A DNA stretch of 64,000 nt from Dehalococcoidia bacterium (GTDB lineage: Bacteria > Chloroflexota > Dehalococcoidia > SHYB01), in contig OZ253453.1 of NCBI GenBank assembly GCA_965261455.1, positions 1,145,526 to 1,209,525 of the forward strand, read 5' to 3'. The number at the start of each line of letters is the position of its first letter. Within the stretch, counting starts at the first letter, position 1. The position numbers were made by a program, and so were the translations under genes. This document shows, one piece after another, positions 47,645 to 57,895 of this stretch. A model generated the notes under the pieces. The model was not told where the DNA came from. It made no database searches and was given only the letters and a program-made list of their open reading frames with translations.

Positions 47645-48493
47645 TCAGGAAAGGGCGCGCCGGCTCCGCTCGAAGCCAGACCCCGCTGCCGCCGTCCGCC
47701 GGCCCTGGCGGCTCTGCGGTATCTTCGCCAGAATCCACTCCCGCCGCCGCCATCCCTCGAACAGGACGAAGACCACGGCCACCATCGCAATGCCGACGAC
47801 GGCGTCGGCGATGTAGTGATTCCCGGTGATGATGATGGCGAAGAACGTCACCGTGGGATAGAGCACCCCCAGGAGCTTGAGCACCTTGGGACCGGTGTTC
47901 CAGAACAGGAAGCCGAAGATGAACGTCCAGGAGAAATGCAGACTCGGCATCGCGGCGTAGATGTTGTAGTACGAGGCGGTCTCGCGGCTCGCGTACCATC
48001 CCGGCCCGTAGACTGCGATGCCGTCGACGAAGCCGAAGCCCTCGACCAGCCGGGGAGGCGCCAGCGGGAACGAGGCGAAGATGATCAGCGCCGCGACGAA
48101 CGTGAGGAGTATCAGCGCCCGGTAGTGGAAATACCGCTCTCGGCGCTTCCAGTAGAAGAAGACCGCCGTCACCGCAATGATGGGGAAGTACGTGACGATA
48201 TAGAGGTAGTTGAAGAGCTGCATCACCCAAGCGCCGCCGTGTTCCAGCGCCCACGACTGCCACGACGCCTCCCAAAAGGCGCCGGCCGCCTGCTCGAAGG
48301 AGATGAGCGAGCTCGCGTTCTCGAAGCCGAGAACCTCGACCTCGGAAACGAGGCTGTTGCGCACGAACATGTACGCGAAGTACGCCCCGGCGATCAGGAC
48401 CACTTCGCGCACGGCCGACTTATAGCCGTCCGTGGCCAAGAGGTTGTCCGCTATGCCCCGGAGCAAGGGGGGCTGTTGCGCTAAATCTCGCAT
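47645..48493 (-). CDS. PAP2-superfamily membrane protein (Aur1/IPC-synthase-like)
   Basis: PLAPPR, AAMPSLH, TGNHYIAD. Confidence 0.85.
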   Translation of the reverse strand: MRDLAQQPPLLRGIADNLLATDGYKSAVREVVLIAGAYFAYMFVRNSLVSEVEVLGFENASSLISFEQAAGAFWEASWQSWALEHGGAWVMQLFNYLYIVTYFPIIAVTAVFFYWKRRERYFHYRALILLTFVAALIIFASFPLAPPRLVEGFGFVDGIAVYGPGWYASRETASYYNIYAAMPSLHFSWTFIFGFLFWNTGPKVLKLLGVLYPTVTFFAIIITGNHYIADAVVGIAMVAVVFVLFEGWRRREWILAKIPQSRQGRRTAAAGSGFERSRRALS

Positions 48494-48503
48494 AGGTCCG
48501 GTC

Positions 48504-49754
48504 TCACCCGCGCTTGGCCAGTTCGCCTTCCCGCGCACTCTTGGCGACGCCGGCGCCATTCAATACCGGAAGCTCGACCCGATGCGGCGCGGTCCCGTTG
48601 ACGCGGCTCCGGGCGGCCCACCGCGCGCCGTGGGGTGAGCTCAGAAAGACGCTGCAGTCCAGGCAACCGACGCGTTCCTCCGGCGCCTCGCCCTTGAAAA
48701 GCGCGCGCGCGGCGGTGTAGCGCTCGTTATTCCAAATGTCGCGGATGCTGTGCTCGCCGACGTCGCCGAAGTCCTGCTCCTTGTCGGTGAGATAGCAGCA
48801 GGGCGCCACGCCGCCGTCCCAATTCACTACCGCGCTCCGCCATAAACGCCAGCACGCCGCGCCGTCCTCTTTGTACGGCCGGTCAAAGGCGGCCTCGCGG
48901 ATGTAGCGGGAGTCGCCCGCCGGCACCCACTTCTCCGCCAGCGAGGGGTCGTCCATCCCCCAGGGGAAGTCGACCTTCTTGAAGATGATGCCGTTCACCC
49001 CGATCTCCTCGGCCACGGCGCGCGCCGCCTCGATCTGATGCTCGTTCTGCTTCATCACGATGAACTGCCATTCCAGGTAGGGCGTTTCGACGCCGAGGCG
49101 CCGCTTCGTTTCCACGAGCAGACGCAGGTTATCGAGCACGCGGTCGAGGCGCCCCGCCACGCGGTACTGCTCGTAGACCTCCTGCGTCACGCCGTCCAGC
49201 GAGACGATCATGGTGTCCAGGCCCGAGCGCACCACCGCTTCCGCCATTTCCAGCGTGAGCGGTTTGTTGAGGTTCGTGCTGATGATGGTGGCGAGGCGCG
49301 CCCGGTGAGCGTAGGCAATGTACTCGTCGATGTCCTTGTTCAAGAACGGCTCACCCCAGCTATAGAGGGTGAGCCACACGCAGTAGTTCCTAATCTCATC
49401 GACCGTCTTCCGGTACGTCTCGAAGCTCATGACGCCCTTATCGCGGTGGATATTGCCTAAGCCGGTGTGGCAGAGGGGGCACTTGAGCTGGCAGATGTTG
49501 GTGGTGTCGACTTCCCACTCGTAAGGCTTGCCACGCACGCGCTTCCTGGTGAGCTTGAGCTCCGCTTCGATCAAGAGGATGTTGATCAACTTGCGCCATG
49601 AGAAGTAGCGCAGAGCGACCTCGGCGCGCTGCCCTGCTCGTCCGGGGTCGAGCAGGGGAACCACCCCTCCGTTGGCGCGCAACAGCCGGTCCAAGACGCC
49701 GGATAATCTGAGGAGAAGCCGTGGGAGAAGGGGCGAGCTCGTAGGCTTGCTCAT
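48504..49754 (-). CDS. Radical SAM/SPASM-domain protein
   Basis: CQLKCPLC, WGEPFL, C-terminal CWRLW..GGVAPCC..CLDC. Confidence 0.9.
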   Translation of the reverse strand: MSKPTSSPLLPRLLLRLSGVLDRLLRANGGVVPLLDPGRAGQRAEVALRYFSWRKLINILLIEAELKLTRKRVRGKPYEWEVDTTNICQLKCPLCHTGLGNIHRDKGVMSFETYRKTVDEIRNYCVWLTLYSWGEPFLNKDIDEYIAYAHRARLATIISTNLNKPLTLEMAEAVVRSGLDTMIVSLDGVTQEVYEQYRVAGRLDRVLDNLRLLVETKRRLGVETPYLEWQFIVMKQNEHQIEAARAVAEEIGVNGIIFKKVDFPWGMDDPSLAEKWVPAGDSRYIREAAFDRPYKEDGAACWRLWRSAVVNWDGGVAPCCYLTDKEQDFGDVGEHSIRDIWNNERYTAARALFKGEAPEERVGCLDCSVFLSSPHGARWAARSRVNGTAPHRVELPVLNGAGVAKSAREGELAKRG

Positions 49755-49880
49755 CGCTCGGCACATTATAGGGAAGCCTTCAACCTTTTCAAACCAGGCG
49801 GTGGCGCGCCTAAGAACACACCATGAGGTCGCCGCGCGCCCTCACCGACTCTCTCGGAGAGTGGCGCGGGCTGGAGCCGG

Positions 49881-50432
49881 CTAGGCGCCCTCGTCGGCGA
49901 GGACGAGGAGTAGCGCCGCAATGCTCTTGGCGTCCTCGATCTCGCCCCCGGTGATGAGCTTCCGCACCTCGGAGAGGGCCGTGGGCGCGAGCTCGATCTG
50001 CTCGTCCACGTCGCCTTCCAAGGGGTCCTCGGTTAGGTCGCGGGCCACGTAGAGGCGCAGGTATTCCGTACTGTAGCCCGGTGAGGCGTAGCAGCCGCCG
50101 ATAGGATCGATCCGGCCCGCCGCGAAGCCGGTCTCCTCGCGGAGCTCGCGCTGCGCCGCTTCAAGGGGGTCTTCACCGGGGTCGAGGGTCCCCGCCGGAA
50201 TCTCTAGGAGCCATTTGCCCGCGGCGTGGCGGTATTGGCGCACCAGGATGACCCGGCCCTCCGCATCGATGGGGACCATCGCCACCGCGCCGCGGTGCTC
50301 GACGATGTCCCGCTTGACGCGGTGCCCGTCGGGGGTCTCGATCAGATCGACGCGCACCTTGATGACGCGCCCCTCGGCCACGACCTTCGAGTCGATCGTC
50401 TTCATTCCCTTGGCGCTCCGTTCGGAAAGCAT
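49881..50432 (-). CDS. NUDIX hydrolase (ADP-ribose pyrophosphatase-like)
   Basis: PAGTLDPGEDPLEAAQRELREETG Nudix box, SPG, IEDAK. Confidence 0.92.
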   Translation of the reverse strand: MLSERSAKGMKTIDSKVVAEGRVIKVRVDLIETPDGHRVKRDIVEHRGAVAMVPIDAEGRVILVRQYRHAAGKWLLEIPAGTLDPGEDPLEAAQRELREETGFAAGRIDPIGGCYASPGYSTEYLRLYVARDLTEDPLEGDVDEQIELAPTALSEVRKLITGGEIEDAKSIAALLLVLADEGA

Positions 50433-50441
50433 GGGCCGGTC

Positions 50442-51299
50442 CTAAGGCGGGCCGGCGGCGGCTGCGCCGGGCAGCCGGTCCAGCCCCAGCCGCTGCGCCA
50501 GCGTCTCGAAGAAGTAGGGGGGCTTGCGGGCGCGGAGGAACTTGGCCGTCTTGGCGCTCTTGCTCGCCCGCACCCGGTCCCCGGGCCCGAGGTCGTGGTC
50601 GTTGTGGCCGTCGAGGCTGACGACGGCGCCGCCCCCGCCGGCGATTTCGAGCTCGACGCGGCTCTCCTCGCCCAAGACCAGAGGCGTCGACATGGAGAGA
50701 TGGGGGGACACCGGCGCCAGCACGAGCTGCCGGCTCTGCGGTTCCAGGACGGGGCCGCCCACCGCCATGGCGTAGCCGGTGCTGCCCGTGGCCGTGGCCA
50801 GGATCACGCCGTCGGCGCGGTAGGCGGCGAGGAACGCGCCATCCACGTAGGCGCGCACCGTAATGAGCTGCGCCACGCCGCCGCGGCTCACCACGGCCTC
50901 GTTCAGAGCCCAGTCCGTCAACGACTCGCCCTCGCGCGTCACCTCGACATCGAGGGTGGCGCGCTCCTCCACCCACACGCCGGGTTTCAGATAGTCGGGG
51001 ACGCGCTCCAACGCATCGGCGCCGCGCATCTCCGTCATGAATCCAAGCTTGCCCATGTTGACGCCGAGGATGGGCGCACCGAGCACCACGGCCAACTTGG
51101 CCGTGCGGAGGATGGTCCCATCGCCGCCGACGGTGACGAGGACCTCCGACTCGGCGCACGAGTCGAGGATCTCCGCCTCGTTCCTCGAGTTCGCCAGCGG
51201 GCAGTCGTAGGACAGCCCCTTCAGGCGGTCACGGAGGGCGCAAGCCAACTCGAGGGAGGCCGGGTTCGCGGCGTTGTAAACAATGCCGATGCGTTTCAC
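50442..51299 (-). CDS. nadK: NAD kinase
   Basis: GGDGT, ALNE, DGVILATATGSTGY. Confidence 0.95.
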   Translation of the reverse strand: MKRIGIVYNAANPASLELACALRDRLKGLSYDCPLANSRNEAEILDSCAESEVLVTVGGDGTILRTAKLAVVLGAPILGVNMGKLGFMTEMRGADALERVPDYLKPGVWVEERATLDVEVTREGESLTDWALNEAVVSRGGVAQLITVRAYVDGAFLAAYRADGVILATATGSTGYAMAVGGPVLEPQSRQLVLAPVSPHLSMSTPLVLGEESRVELEIAGGGGAVVSLDGHNDHDLGPGDRVRASKSAKTAKFLRARKPPYFFETLAQRLGLDRLPGAAAAGPP

Positions 51300-51385
51300 G
51301 GGTGGACTCGGAGTAGGGCTCGCTCTGAAAACCGGACAAGCTTATGCCGGAGAGGATAACAGCCGCGGGGAAGCAGCGGGGTCGG

Positions 51386-52840
51386 TCAGACGGGGAAGGC
51401 CTTGACGGCGTTTACCGCGAAGTCCAAGAGGAAGCCGGGCGCGAAGCCGAAGAAGAGCACTCCAGCCGTGGTGAGCAGGAGCGGCACCGCCATCGAAGGC
51501 GCCGCGGTGATCGGCTCCTCCGATTTCGCGGGGCTCATGAACATCGTTTTCACCACGCGGAGATAGTAGTAGGCGGAGATCGTCGAGTTGATCCCGCCCG
51601 CGACCGCGAGCCAGACGAGGTCGGCGTTGACCGCCGCGTTGAAGACATAGAGCTTGCCCCAGAACCCCACCGTCGGCGGCAGGCCGGTGAGCGAAATCAG
51701 GGCGATGGCGAGCAGCGCGGCGAGCAGCGGCGCCCGCTTGCCCAGGCCGGCGTACTCGTCGATCTCGTTGCTCCGTAGCCGGTGATCGACCGCGATGACG
51801 ACGAAGAAGGCGGCGAGATTGGTGAAGGCGTAGCCGCCGAGGTAGAAGAGGACGCCCTGCGGGCCGAGCGCCTCGCCTCCGGGCGCCCGCGCCGCCACGG
51901 CGGCGACGCCGATGAGGATGTATCCCGCGTGCGCCACCGCGCTATAGGCGAGCAGGCGCTTGATGTCTTGCTGGAACATCGCGGTCAGGTTGCCCACCGT
52001 CATCGTAATGACGGCGAGGACCGCGAAGAGCATGCTCCAGTCCAGCACGAGGCCGGGGAAGGCGGCGTAGAAGACGCGGAGGAGCAGCGCGAATCCCGCC
52101 GCTTTGCTGGCGACGGAGAGAAAGGCCGTAATCGGCGTCGGGGCGCCCTGATACACGTCGGGGACCCACATGTGGAAGGGGAACGCGGAGATCTTGAACC
52201 CGAAGCCGGCGACAAGCAGCACCACGCCGACCAGCAGGCCGGGCTGATCGAGCAAGCCCACGGATCCCACGGCGCGGGCGATCTCGCCCAGCTCGGTCTC
52301 GCCGGTAAACCCGAAGATGAAGGCCATGCCGTAGATCATCAGCCCCGAGCTCACGCCGGAGAGCACGAGGTACTTCGCTCCCGCCTCCGTCGAGCGCTGG
52401 TCCTTGAAGAACGTCACCAGCGCGATGGCGGAAAGGGTGCTGAGTTCGAGCGAGACGTAGATGGTGAGCAGCTCGCCCGTGCCGGAGAGGAGCATGAGGC
52501 CCGACGTTGCGAACAGCACCAGTGCGTAGTACTCGCCCTGGAACCGGGGGAACTGCGACGCCGCGCTCTGCGACGCCATCGCCGCCATGCCGGCAACGCC
52601 GATGAACAGCAGCTTGAAGAACACCGCGTAGCTATCGACGATGAAGAAGCCGTTGAAGGCCGTGTCCTGTTCGCCCCAGAGGACGATGGTGAAGCCGAGC
52701 GGGATGCCGAGCAGCAGCGTCGCCAGCGGCGCGAGCAGACTCTTCCGTTCGATGAACAGATCGGCCAGGATCACCAGCACGGCGATTCCCGCCATGCTGA
52801 TCTCCGGTGAGAGCAGATAGAAGTCGCGGGCTTCGATCAT
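51386..52840 (-). CDS. nuoN: Complex I subunit N
   Basis: FKISAFPFHMWVPDVYQGAPT, KRLLAYS. Confidence 0.95.
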   Translation of the reverse strand: MIEARDFYLLSPEISMAGIAVLVILADLFIERKSLLAPLATLLLGIPLGFTIVLWGEQDTAFNGFFIVDSYAVFFKLLFIGVAGMAAMASQSAASQFPRFQGEYYALVLFATSGLMLLSGTGELLTIYVSLELSTLSAIALVTFFKDQRSTEAGAKYLVLSGVSSGLMIYGMAFIFGFTGETELGEIARAVGSVGLLDQPGLLVGVVLLVAGFGFKISAFPFHMWVPDVYQGAPTPITAFLSVASKAAGFALLLRVFYAAFPGLVLDWSMLFAVLAVITMTVGNLTAMFQQDIKRLLAYSAVAHAGYILIGVAAVAARAPGGEALGPQGVLFYLGGYAFTNLAAFFVVIAVDHRLRSNEIDEYAGLGKRAPLLAALLAIALISLTGLPPTVGFWGKLYVFNAAVNADLVWLAVAGGINSTISAYYYLRVVKTMFMSPAKSEEPITAAPSMAVPLLLTTAGVLFFGFAPGFLLDFAVNAVKAFPV

Positions 52841-52874
52841 CGCCTCCGCGGCCCTCTCCGTGCGCGGCCCCGGG

Positions 52875-54329
52875 TCATGAGGCCGCCTCCAGGATGTTCA
52901 TGATCGGGGCGAGCCCGGCGTCGAAGTAGTCGGTCACCAGCGCGGGATAGATGCCGACGATGAAGATGACGATGATCATGCCGGCCAGCGGCACGGCCTC
53001 GGTGAGCGTGGCATCGCTGATCGAGGCGAAGCGGCGCTGCTCCGGCCCGAAGAAGATGCGCCGCACCGTCCAGAGAATATAGCCCGCGCTCAAGAAGACG
53101 CCGACGATGGCGAGGATCGTCGCCTCGCGGTAGGCCTCGAACGAGCCGATGAACACCAGCACCTCGGCGACAAACCCGCTCATCGACGGCAGGCCGATGG
53201 CGGCGAAGCCGGCGACGACAAAGGCGACGGCCAACACCGGCATCCGGCCTGCCAGGCCGCCGAGGTCCGGAATGTGCCGCGTGTGCGCCTTCTCATACAC
53301 GTACCCCGCGAGCATGAACAGCAGCCCCGTGATCGTGCCGTGGGTGAACATCTGCATCGCCGCCCCGGTCAGGCCGATCTGGTGCAGCGACGCGACACCG
53401 AGCAGGACGAAGCCCATGTGGCTGATGGAGCTATAGGCGATGAGGCGTTTTATGTCACGTTGCCGGAAGACCATGACCGCGCCGTAGAGCACGTTCACCA
53501 CCGCCAGCGTGGCCAACAGCCAGGCCCAGTTCGCCGTCACTTCAGGGAAGAGGCTGACGTTGAGCCGCAGGATCGCGTAGCCGCCCATCTTCAACATCAC
53601 GCCGGCCAGCAGCACGCTGGCGGCGGTAGGAGCATCGGTGTGAGCGTCGGGGAGCCAGGTGTGGAAGGGCCAGACGGGCAGCTTCACCGCGAAGGCGGCC
53701 AGGAGCAGGAAGAAGACGCCCTCGGCGGTGATCAGCGCCGTGGTGAACGGCGTATCCCGCAGTTCCATCATGTCGAACGTGCCCGTCGAGAAGAAGATCA
53801 CCAGAAATCCGGCGAGCATCAGCGCGCTGCTTCCCGCCGTGTACAGCAGGAACTTCATCGCCGAGTACTCTTTGCGTCCGCTTCCCCAGATGCTGATCAG
53901 CATGTACATGGGGATCAGCTCGACTTCCCAGAACAGGAAGAAGAGCAGCAGGTCGAGCGAGACGAAGACGCCGAGAATGCCCGTCTCCAGCAGCAGCAGC
54001 CAGAAGAAGAACTCCTTGACGCGGACCTTCACCCCCCAGGAGACCAACACCGCGCCCACGCCGAGCAGACCCGTCAGCGCCAGCAGCGGCGCGCTCAGTC
54101 CGTCGACGCCGACGAAGTACTGCACCTTCAGGGCCGACAGCCAACTGTGCTGCTGCACCCACTGCGGCTCGCCCGCGTCGAGGTCGATGCCCGCCCAGAC
54201 GATCAGGCCGAGGACGAGCACCGCGATCGTCGCCGCTAGGGCTGCCCACCGGACATGGCGGTCTTCCCTAAGGAAGAGCAGGATGAAGAGAGCCGCCGCC
54301 GCGGGCAGGAAGACCGTCGCCGTTAACAC
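52875..54329 (-). CDS. nuoM: Complex I subunit M
   Basis: FWEVELIP, KLPVWPFHTWLPDAH, LKMGGY. Confidence 0.95.
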   Translation of the reverse strand: MLTATVFLPAAAALFILLFLREDRHVRWAALAATIAVLVLGLIVWAGIDLDAGEPQWVQQHSWLSALKVQYFVGVDGLSAPLLALTGLLGVGAVLVSWGVKVRVKEFFFWLLLLETGILGVFVSLDLLLFFLFWEVELIPMYMLISIWGSGRKEYSAMKFLLYTAGSSALMLAGFLVIFFSTGTFDMMELRDTPFTTALITAEGVFFLLLAAFAVKLPVWPFHTWLPDAHTDAPTAASVLLAGVMLKMGGYAILRLNVSLFPEVTANWAWLLATLAVVNVLYGAVMVFRQRDIKRLIAYSSISHMGFVLLGVASLHQIGLTGAAMQMFTHGTITGLLFMLAGYVYEKAHTRHIPDLGGLAGRMPVLAVAFVVAGFAAIGLPSMSGFVAEVLVFIGSFEAYREATILAIVGVFLSAGYILWTVRRIFFGPEQRRFASISDATLTEAVPLAGMIIVIFIVGIYPALVTDYFDAGLAPIMNILEAAS

Positions 54330-54395
54330 CGCGCGCCCCCGTTCTCAAGGGCGCCGGCCGAGCGCGTGACGCTGTCGATTACCACATACATCCGG

Positions 54396-56381
54396 TTAGC
54401 CCCATATCCAGAACGCCGCCGCGATGAGGATGACGCCCGAGGCGATGAAGGCCCCGTAGGCCTGCACCTGACCGTTCTGGAGCGTGGACGGCCACCGTCC
54501 CAGATTCCGGCCCAACCAGCCGGTGAAGTTCACCGCCCGGTCCACGAGGTGGGTGTCGATGAACTCGACCACCGCGCCGACGCCGTCGATGAAGACGCGG
54601 CGCACGATGATCTCTTCGTAGAGGGTGTCGATGTAGTAGCGGTTCGCGAGGACTCGGTAGACGGGCGCAAAGCGCCGCGCCACCGCCGCCGGCGACGGCG
54701 CGCCCAACCGGTACATGGAGTAGGCGAGGACGACCCCCGCCGCGCCCACGGCCGACGAGATCGCGGCGACGCCGACGTTGAACTCGTGCGGGTGAGCCTC
54801 GCCGAGGAAGATCGACAGGCTGAAGGCGCCGATGTTGAGGAAGTCCCAGGGCAGGTCGGCCAGCCCAAAGAAGACCGCCGGGACGGCCAGCGCCACCAGC
54901 GGCAGGGTAATGAGCCACGGCGATTCGTGCGGCGCGCCGTGCCCGTGGGCCGATCCGTGATCGGACGCTGCCACAGCCGCGTCCGCCTCGCCGTTCCCGG
55001 CGGGGGCCTGGGCCGCGGCCTCGGCTTCTGCGCCGCCCCTGTACTCGCCGGAGAACGTCATGAACAACATACGGAAGACGTAGAACCCGGTGATACCGGC
55101 GGTCAGCACGGCGATCCAGTAGAGCGCGGCCCCGCCGCCGATCCCGAACGTGTTCTCCGAAGCAGCGAGCAGGATCGCGTCCTTGCTCCAGAAGCCGGCG
55201 AGGGGGAAGATCCCCACCAGCGCCAGCGCCCCAATCATCATCGTCCCGTAGGTGCGGGGCATGAACCGGCCCAAGCCGCCCATGTAGCGCATGTCGTAGG
55301 TCTCAGTGGTGTGGTGGACGCTGCCCGCACCCAGAAAGAGCAGCGCCTTGAAGAAGGCGTGGGCGAGCAGGTGGAAGATCGCCGCGCCGAACGCACCCGT
55401 CCCCAGGGCGAGGAACATATAGCCGAGCTGGCTCACCGTCGAGAAAGCGAGCACGCGCTTGATGTCGTTGTTCACCAGCGCCATCGTCGCCGCCAGCATC
55501 GCCGTCCCGCCGCCGATCCACGCCACGACGGTCAGCGCCGACTCGGAGTGCTCGAACAGCGGGAACATCCGCGCCACCAGGAACACGCCCGCGGCCACCA
55601 TCGTTGCGGCGTGGATGAGCGCGCTCACCGGCGTGGGGCCTTCCATCGCATCCGGCAGCCAGACGTGCAGGGGGAACTGCCCCGACTTGCCCACGGCGCC
55701 GGCGAAGATCCCCAGGCAGAGCCACGTCAGGCCCACCCCCGCGATCGCGCCGATTTCCGCCGCATGATTGAGCGCCTCGATGTCGAGCGTCCCCGCGAAC
55801 ACGAAGGCCCAGGCAATGGCGATCATGAAGCCAACATCGCCCAGCCTGGTGACGAGAAATGCCTTCTTCGCCGCTCGCGCCGCCTCGGGCTTGCGGAACC
55901 AGAAGCCGATGAGTAGGTACGAGCTCAGCCCCACGAGCTCCCAGAACACGAACAAGAAGACGAGCCCCGACGCCATCACCAACCCAAGCATCGACGCGGT
56001 AAACAGCGACATGTAGGCGAAGTAGCGCGTGAAGCTCTCGTCGTCCTTCATGTACTGCAGGCCGTAGACCTGTACGAGGAGGCTCACGCCGGTCACGATG
56101 ACCGCCATCACCGCGGTCAGGCCGTCCATCGTGACGCCGACGTTGATCGTGAGCGAGCCGACGGTCAGCCACTCGCGCGTCTCGAAGCCCAAGTCGTGCC
56201 CCGGCGCGTTGATGACCTCGATCAGCGCCCACACGGAAAGGACGAAGGCCGCGGCCATCGCGGCCACGGTCAGATACCCCGCGCCGCGCCATCGCGACCC
56301 CATGACGGGCCGCAGCAGGGCGATCAGGACGAACGACCCCAGGGGGAGGAAGAAGATGGACCAAACGTCGATTTCGGGCAC
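54396..56381 (-). CDS. nuoL: Complex I subunit L
   Basis: GKSGQFPLHVWLPDAMEGPTPVSALIHAATMV. Confidence 0.97.
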   Translation of the reverse strand: MPEIDVWSIFFLPLGSFVLIALLRPVMGSRWRGAGYLTVAAMAAAFVLSVWALIEVINAPGHDLGFETREWLTVGSLTINVGVTMDGLTAVMAVIVTGVSLLVQVYGLQYMKDDESFTRYFAYMSLFTASMLGLVMASGLVFLFVFWELVGLSSYLLIGFWFRKPEAARAAKKAFLVTRLGDVGFMIAIAWAFVFAGTLDIEALNHAAEIGAIAGVGLTWLCLGIFAGAVGKSGQFPLHVWLPDAMEGPTPVSALIHAATMVAAGVFLVARMFPLFEHSESALTVVAWIGGGTAMLAATMALVNNDIKRVLAFSTVSQLGYMFLALGTGAFGAAIFHLLAHAFFKALLFLGAGSVHHTTETYDMRYMGGLGRFMPRTYGTMMIGALALVGIFPLAGFWSKDAILLAASENTFGIGGGAALYWIAVLTAGITGFYVFRMLFMTFSGEYRGGAEAEAAAQAPAGNGEADAAVAASDHGSAHGHGAPHESPWLITLPLVALAVPAVFFGLADLPWDFLNIGAFSLSIFLGEAHPHEFNVGVAAISSAVGAAGVVLAYSMYRLGAPSPAAVARRFAPVYRVLANRYYIDTLYEEIIVRRVFIDGVGAVVEFIDTHLVDRAVNFTGWLGRNLGRWPSTLQNGQVQAYGAFIASGVILIAAAFWIWG

Positions 56382-56579
56382 TTAGATTTTCCGCATGATC
56401 TCGTCGGCCACGTGCTCCCTGCCTCGGGGCACGTAGACGATGAACTTCGAGGTCTCGCTCCAACTCGTAATGTCGCCGTCGGGAAGGATCCGTGACGGCA
56501 GACCCTCGGCCTCGAACAGCTCCTTCCACATCTCGGCGAGGAGCAGGTTCGGTGCCTGTTTATAGGGGGACCAGGACAC
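56382..56579 (-). CDS. Small DUF2007-like soluble protein inside nuo operon
   Basis: 65 aa ORF filling the nuoK-nuoL gap; APN..AEM.K..FEAEGLP..VYVP..A.EI pattern. Confidence 0.7.
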   Translation of the reverse strand: MSWSPYKQAPNLLLAEMWKELFEAEGLPSRILPDGDITSWSETSKFIVYVPRGREHVADEIMRKI

Positions 56580-56582
56580 GCG

Positions 56583-56891
56583 TTAGCCTTTCATGCCGTC
56601 GACGGCGGTGATGTCGACGGATTCCTTGTTCCTGAAGAGTGCGATGACAATGGCCAACGCGAGAGCAACCTCCGCCGCCGCCACCGTGATCACGAACATG
56701 GCGAACACGTGGCCCGTCAGCGCCTGCGGCGTCACGAAGCGGGTGAAGGCGATGAAGGCCAGGTTCGACGCGTTGAACATTAGCTCGATGGACATCAGGA
56801 CGGTGACGATGTTGCGCTTCGCCAGCGCACCCGCCAGACCGATGCAGAAAATGATCGCGGAGAGGACTAGATAGTGTTCGAGGCCCGCCAT
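56583..56891 (-). CDS. nuoK: Complex I subunit K
   Basis: LMSIELMFN, VAAAEVA. Confidence 0.95.
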   Translation of the reverse strand: MAGLEHYLVLSAIIFCIGLAGALAKRNIVTVLMSIELMFNASNLAFIAFTRFVTPQALTGHVFAMFVITVAAAEVALALAIVIALFRNKESVDITAVDGMKG

Positions 56892-56893
56892 GC

Positions 56894-57397
56894 TTAGTCC
56901 TCGTCCTGCCCCTTCGCGATGACGATGGCGCCGATCATTACCGCGAGCAGGAGCACGCCGGCGATGATGAAGGCGAGCACATAGACGTTCACGATGAGGT
57001 CGGCGATGGCCGTCGTGGTGTTGTCGAGCGGTTCGCTCTTGGAGAGCCGCCAGTCCGTGTTGACGATGGCGGTGACAAACGTGGCCAGGAGGAGCGCCGC
57101 CAGGCCCATCGCGGGCCGCATGAGCTTGCCGGAGGGGTTGCCCTGCTGCACGTCGCGCGTGAGCAAGATGGCGAAGACGATCAGAATCGAGATGCCGCCG
57201 CCGTAAATGAGAATCTGCACCACGGCGAGGAAGTCGGCGTTCAGCGTGATGAAGAGCCCGGCGACACAGAGGAACGTCACGACCAGCAGCAGCGCCGCGC
57301 GGAAGATGTCGCGCACCAGCACGACGCCGAGAGCGGAGCCCGCCGCCGCCGCGCCCAGTATCCAGAAAGCGATCGAGTTGCCCGCGCCAACGTCCAT
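56894..57397 (-). CDS. nuoJ: Complex I subunit J
   Basis: ADFLAVVQILIYGGGI. Confidence 0.93.
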   Translation of the reverse strand: MDVGAGNSIAFWILGAAAAGSALGVVLVRDIFRAALLLVVTFLCVAGLFITLNADFLAVVQILIYGGGISILIVFAILLTRDVQQGNPSGKLMRPAMGLAALLLATFVTAIVNTDWRLSKSEPLDNTTTAIADLIVNVYVLAFIIAGVLLLAVMIGAIVIAKGQDED

Positions 57398-57401
57398 GGT
57401 C

Positions 57402-57893
57402 TTAGCGGCCGGCCTCCCCGCCGGTCAGCGAGGTCCCGCTCTCGAAGTCGACGCCGTGGAGGTGCGGCCTGGCGAAGGCGCTCGGCTTCTTGCGCGACGT
57501 GCGAAGCTCGTCGATGTGGACCACCATGCTCTTGCGGGTATAAGTGGCGCGCTCGAAGCCGGTGCCCATGAAGAGTGCGTCGTAGGGACAAGCCTCGACG
57601 CAGAGGCCGCAGAACATGCAGCGCCCGGTGTCGATGTCGAAGACTTCGAGGGCGTAGTCGTCCCCCACGTTCGGGTTGTCCTGCGGGGCCGTCTCGATGC
57701 GGATGGTGCCCAGGGGGCAATACTTGGCGCAGGAGGCGCAGCCGGTGCAGCGGTCTTCGTACCACACGAACTCGTAGCCCCGGTAGCGCGGATGCTCGGG
57801 CAGCCGCTGCTCGGGGTATTCAACAGTGACGGGCTTGCGGAAGAGGTGCTTCAGTGTGAGCGCCATCCCCTTGAGGATTCCTTCTCCGTACAT
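57402..57893 (-). CDS. nuoI: Complex I subunit I
   Basis: CTGCASCAKYCP, CMFCGLCVEACP. Confidence 0.95.
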   Translation of the reverse strand: MYGEGILKGMALTLKHLFRKPVTVEYPEQRLPEHPRYRGYEFVWYEDRCTGCASCAKYCPLGTIRIETAPQDNPNVGDDYALEVFDIDTGRCMFCGLCVEACPYDALFMGTGFERATYTRKSMVVHIDELRTSRKKPSAFARPHLHGVDFESGTSLTGGEAGR

Positions 57894-57895
57894 CC

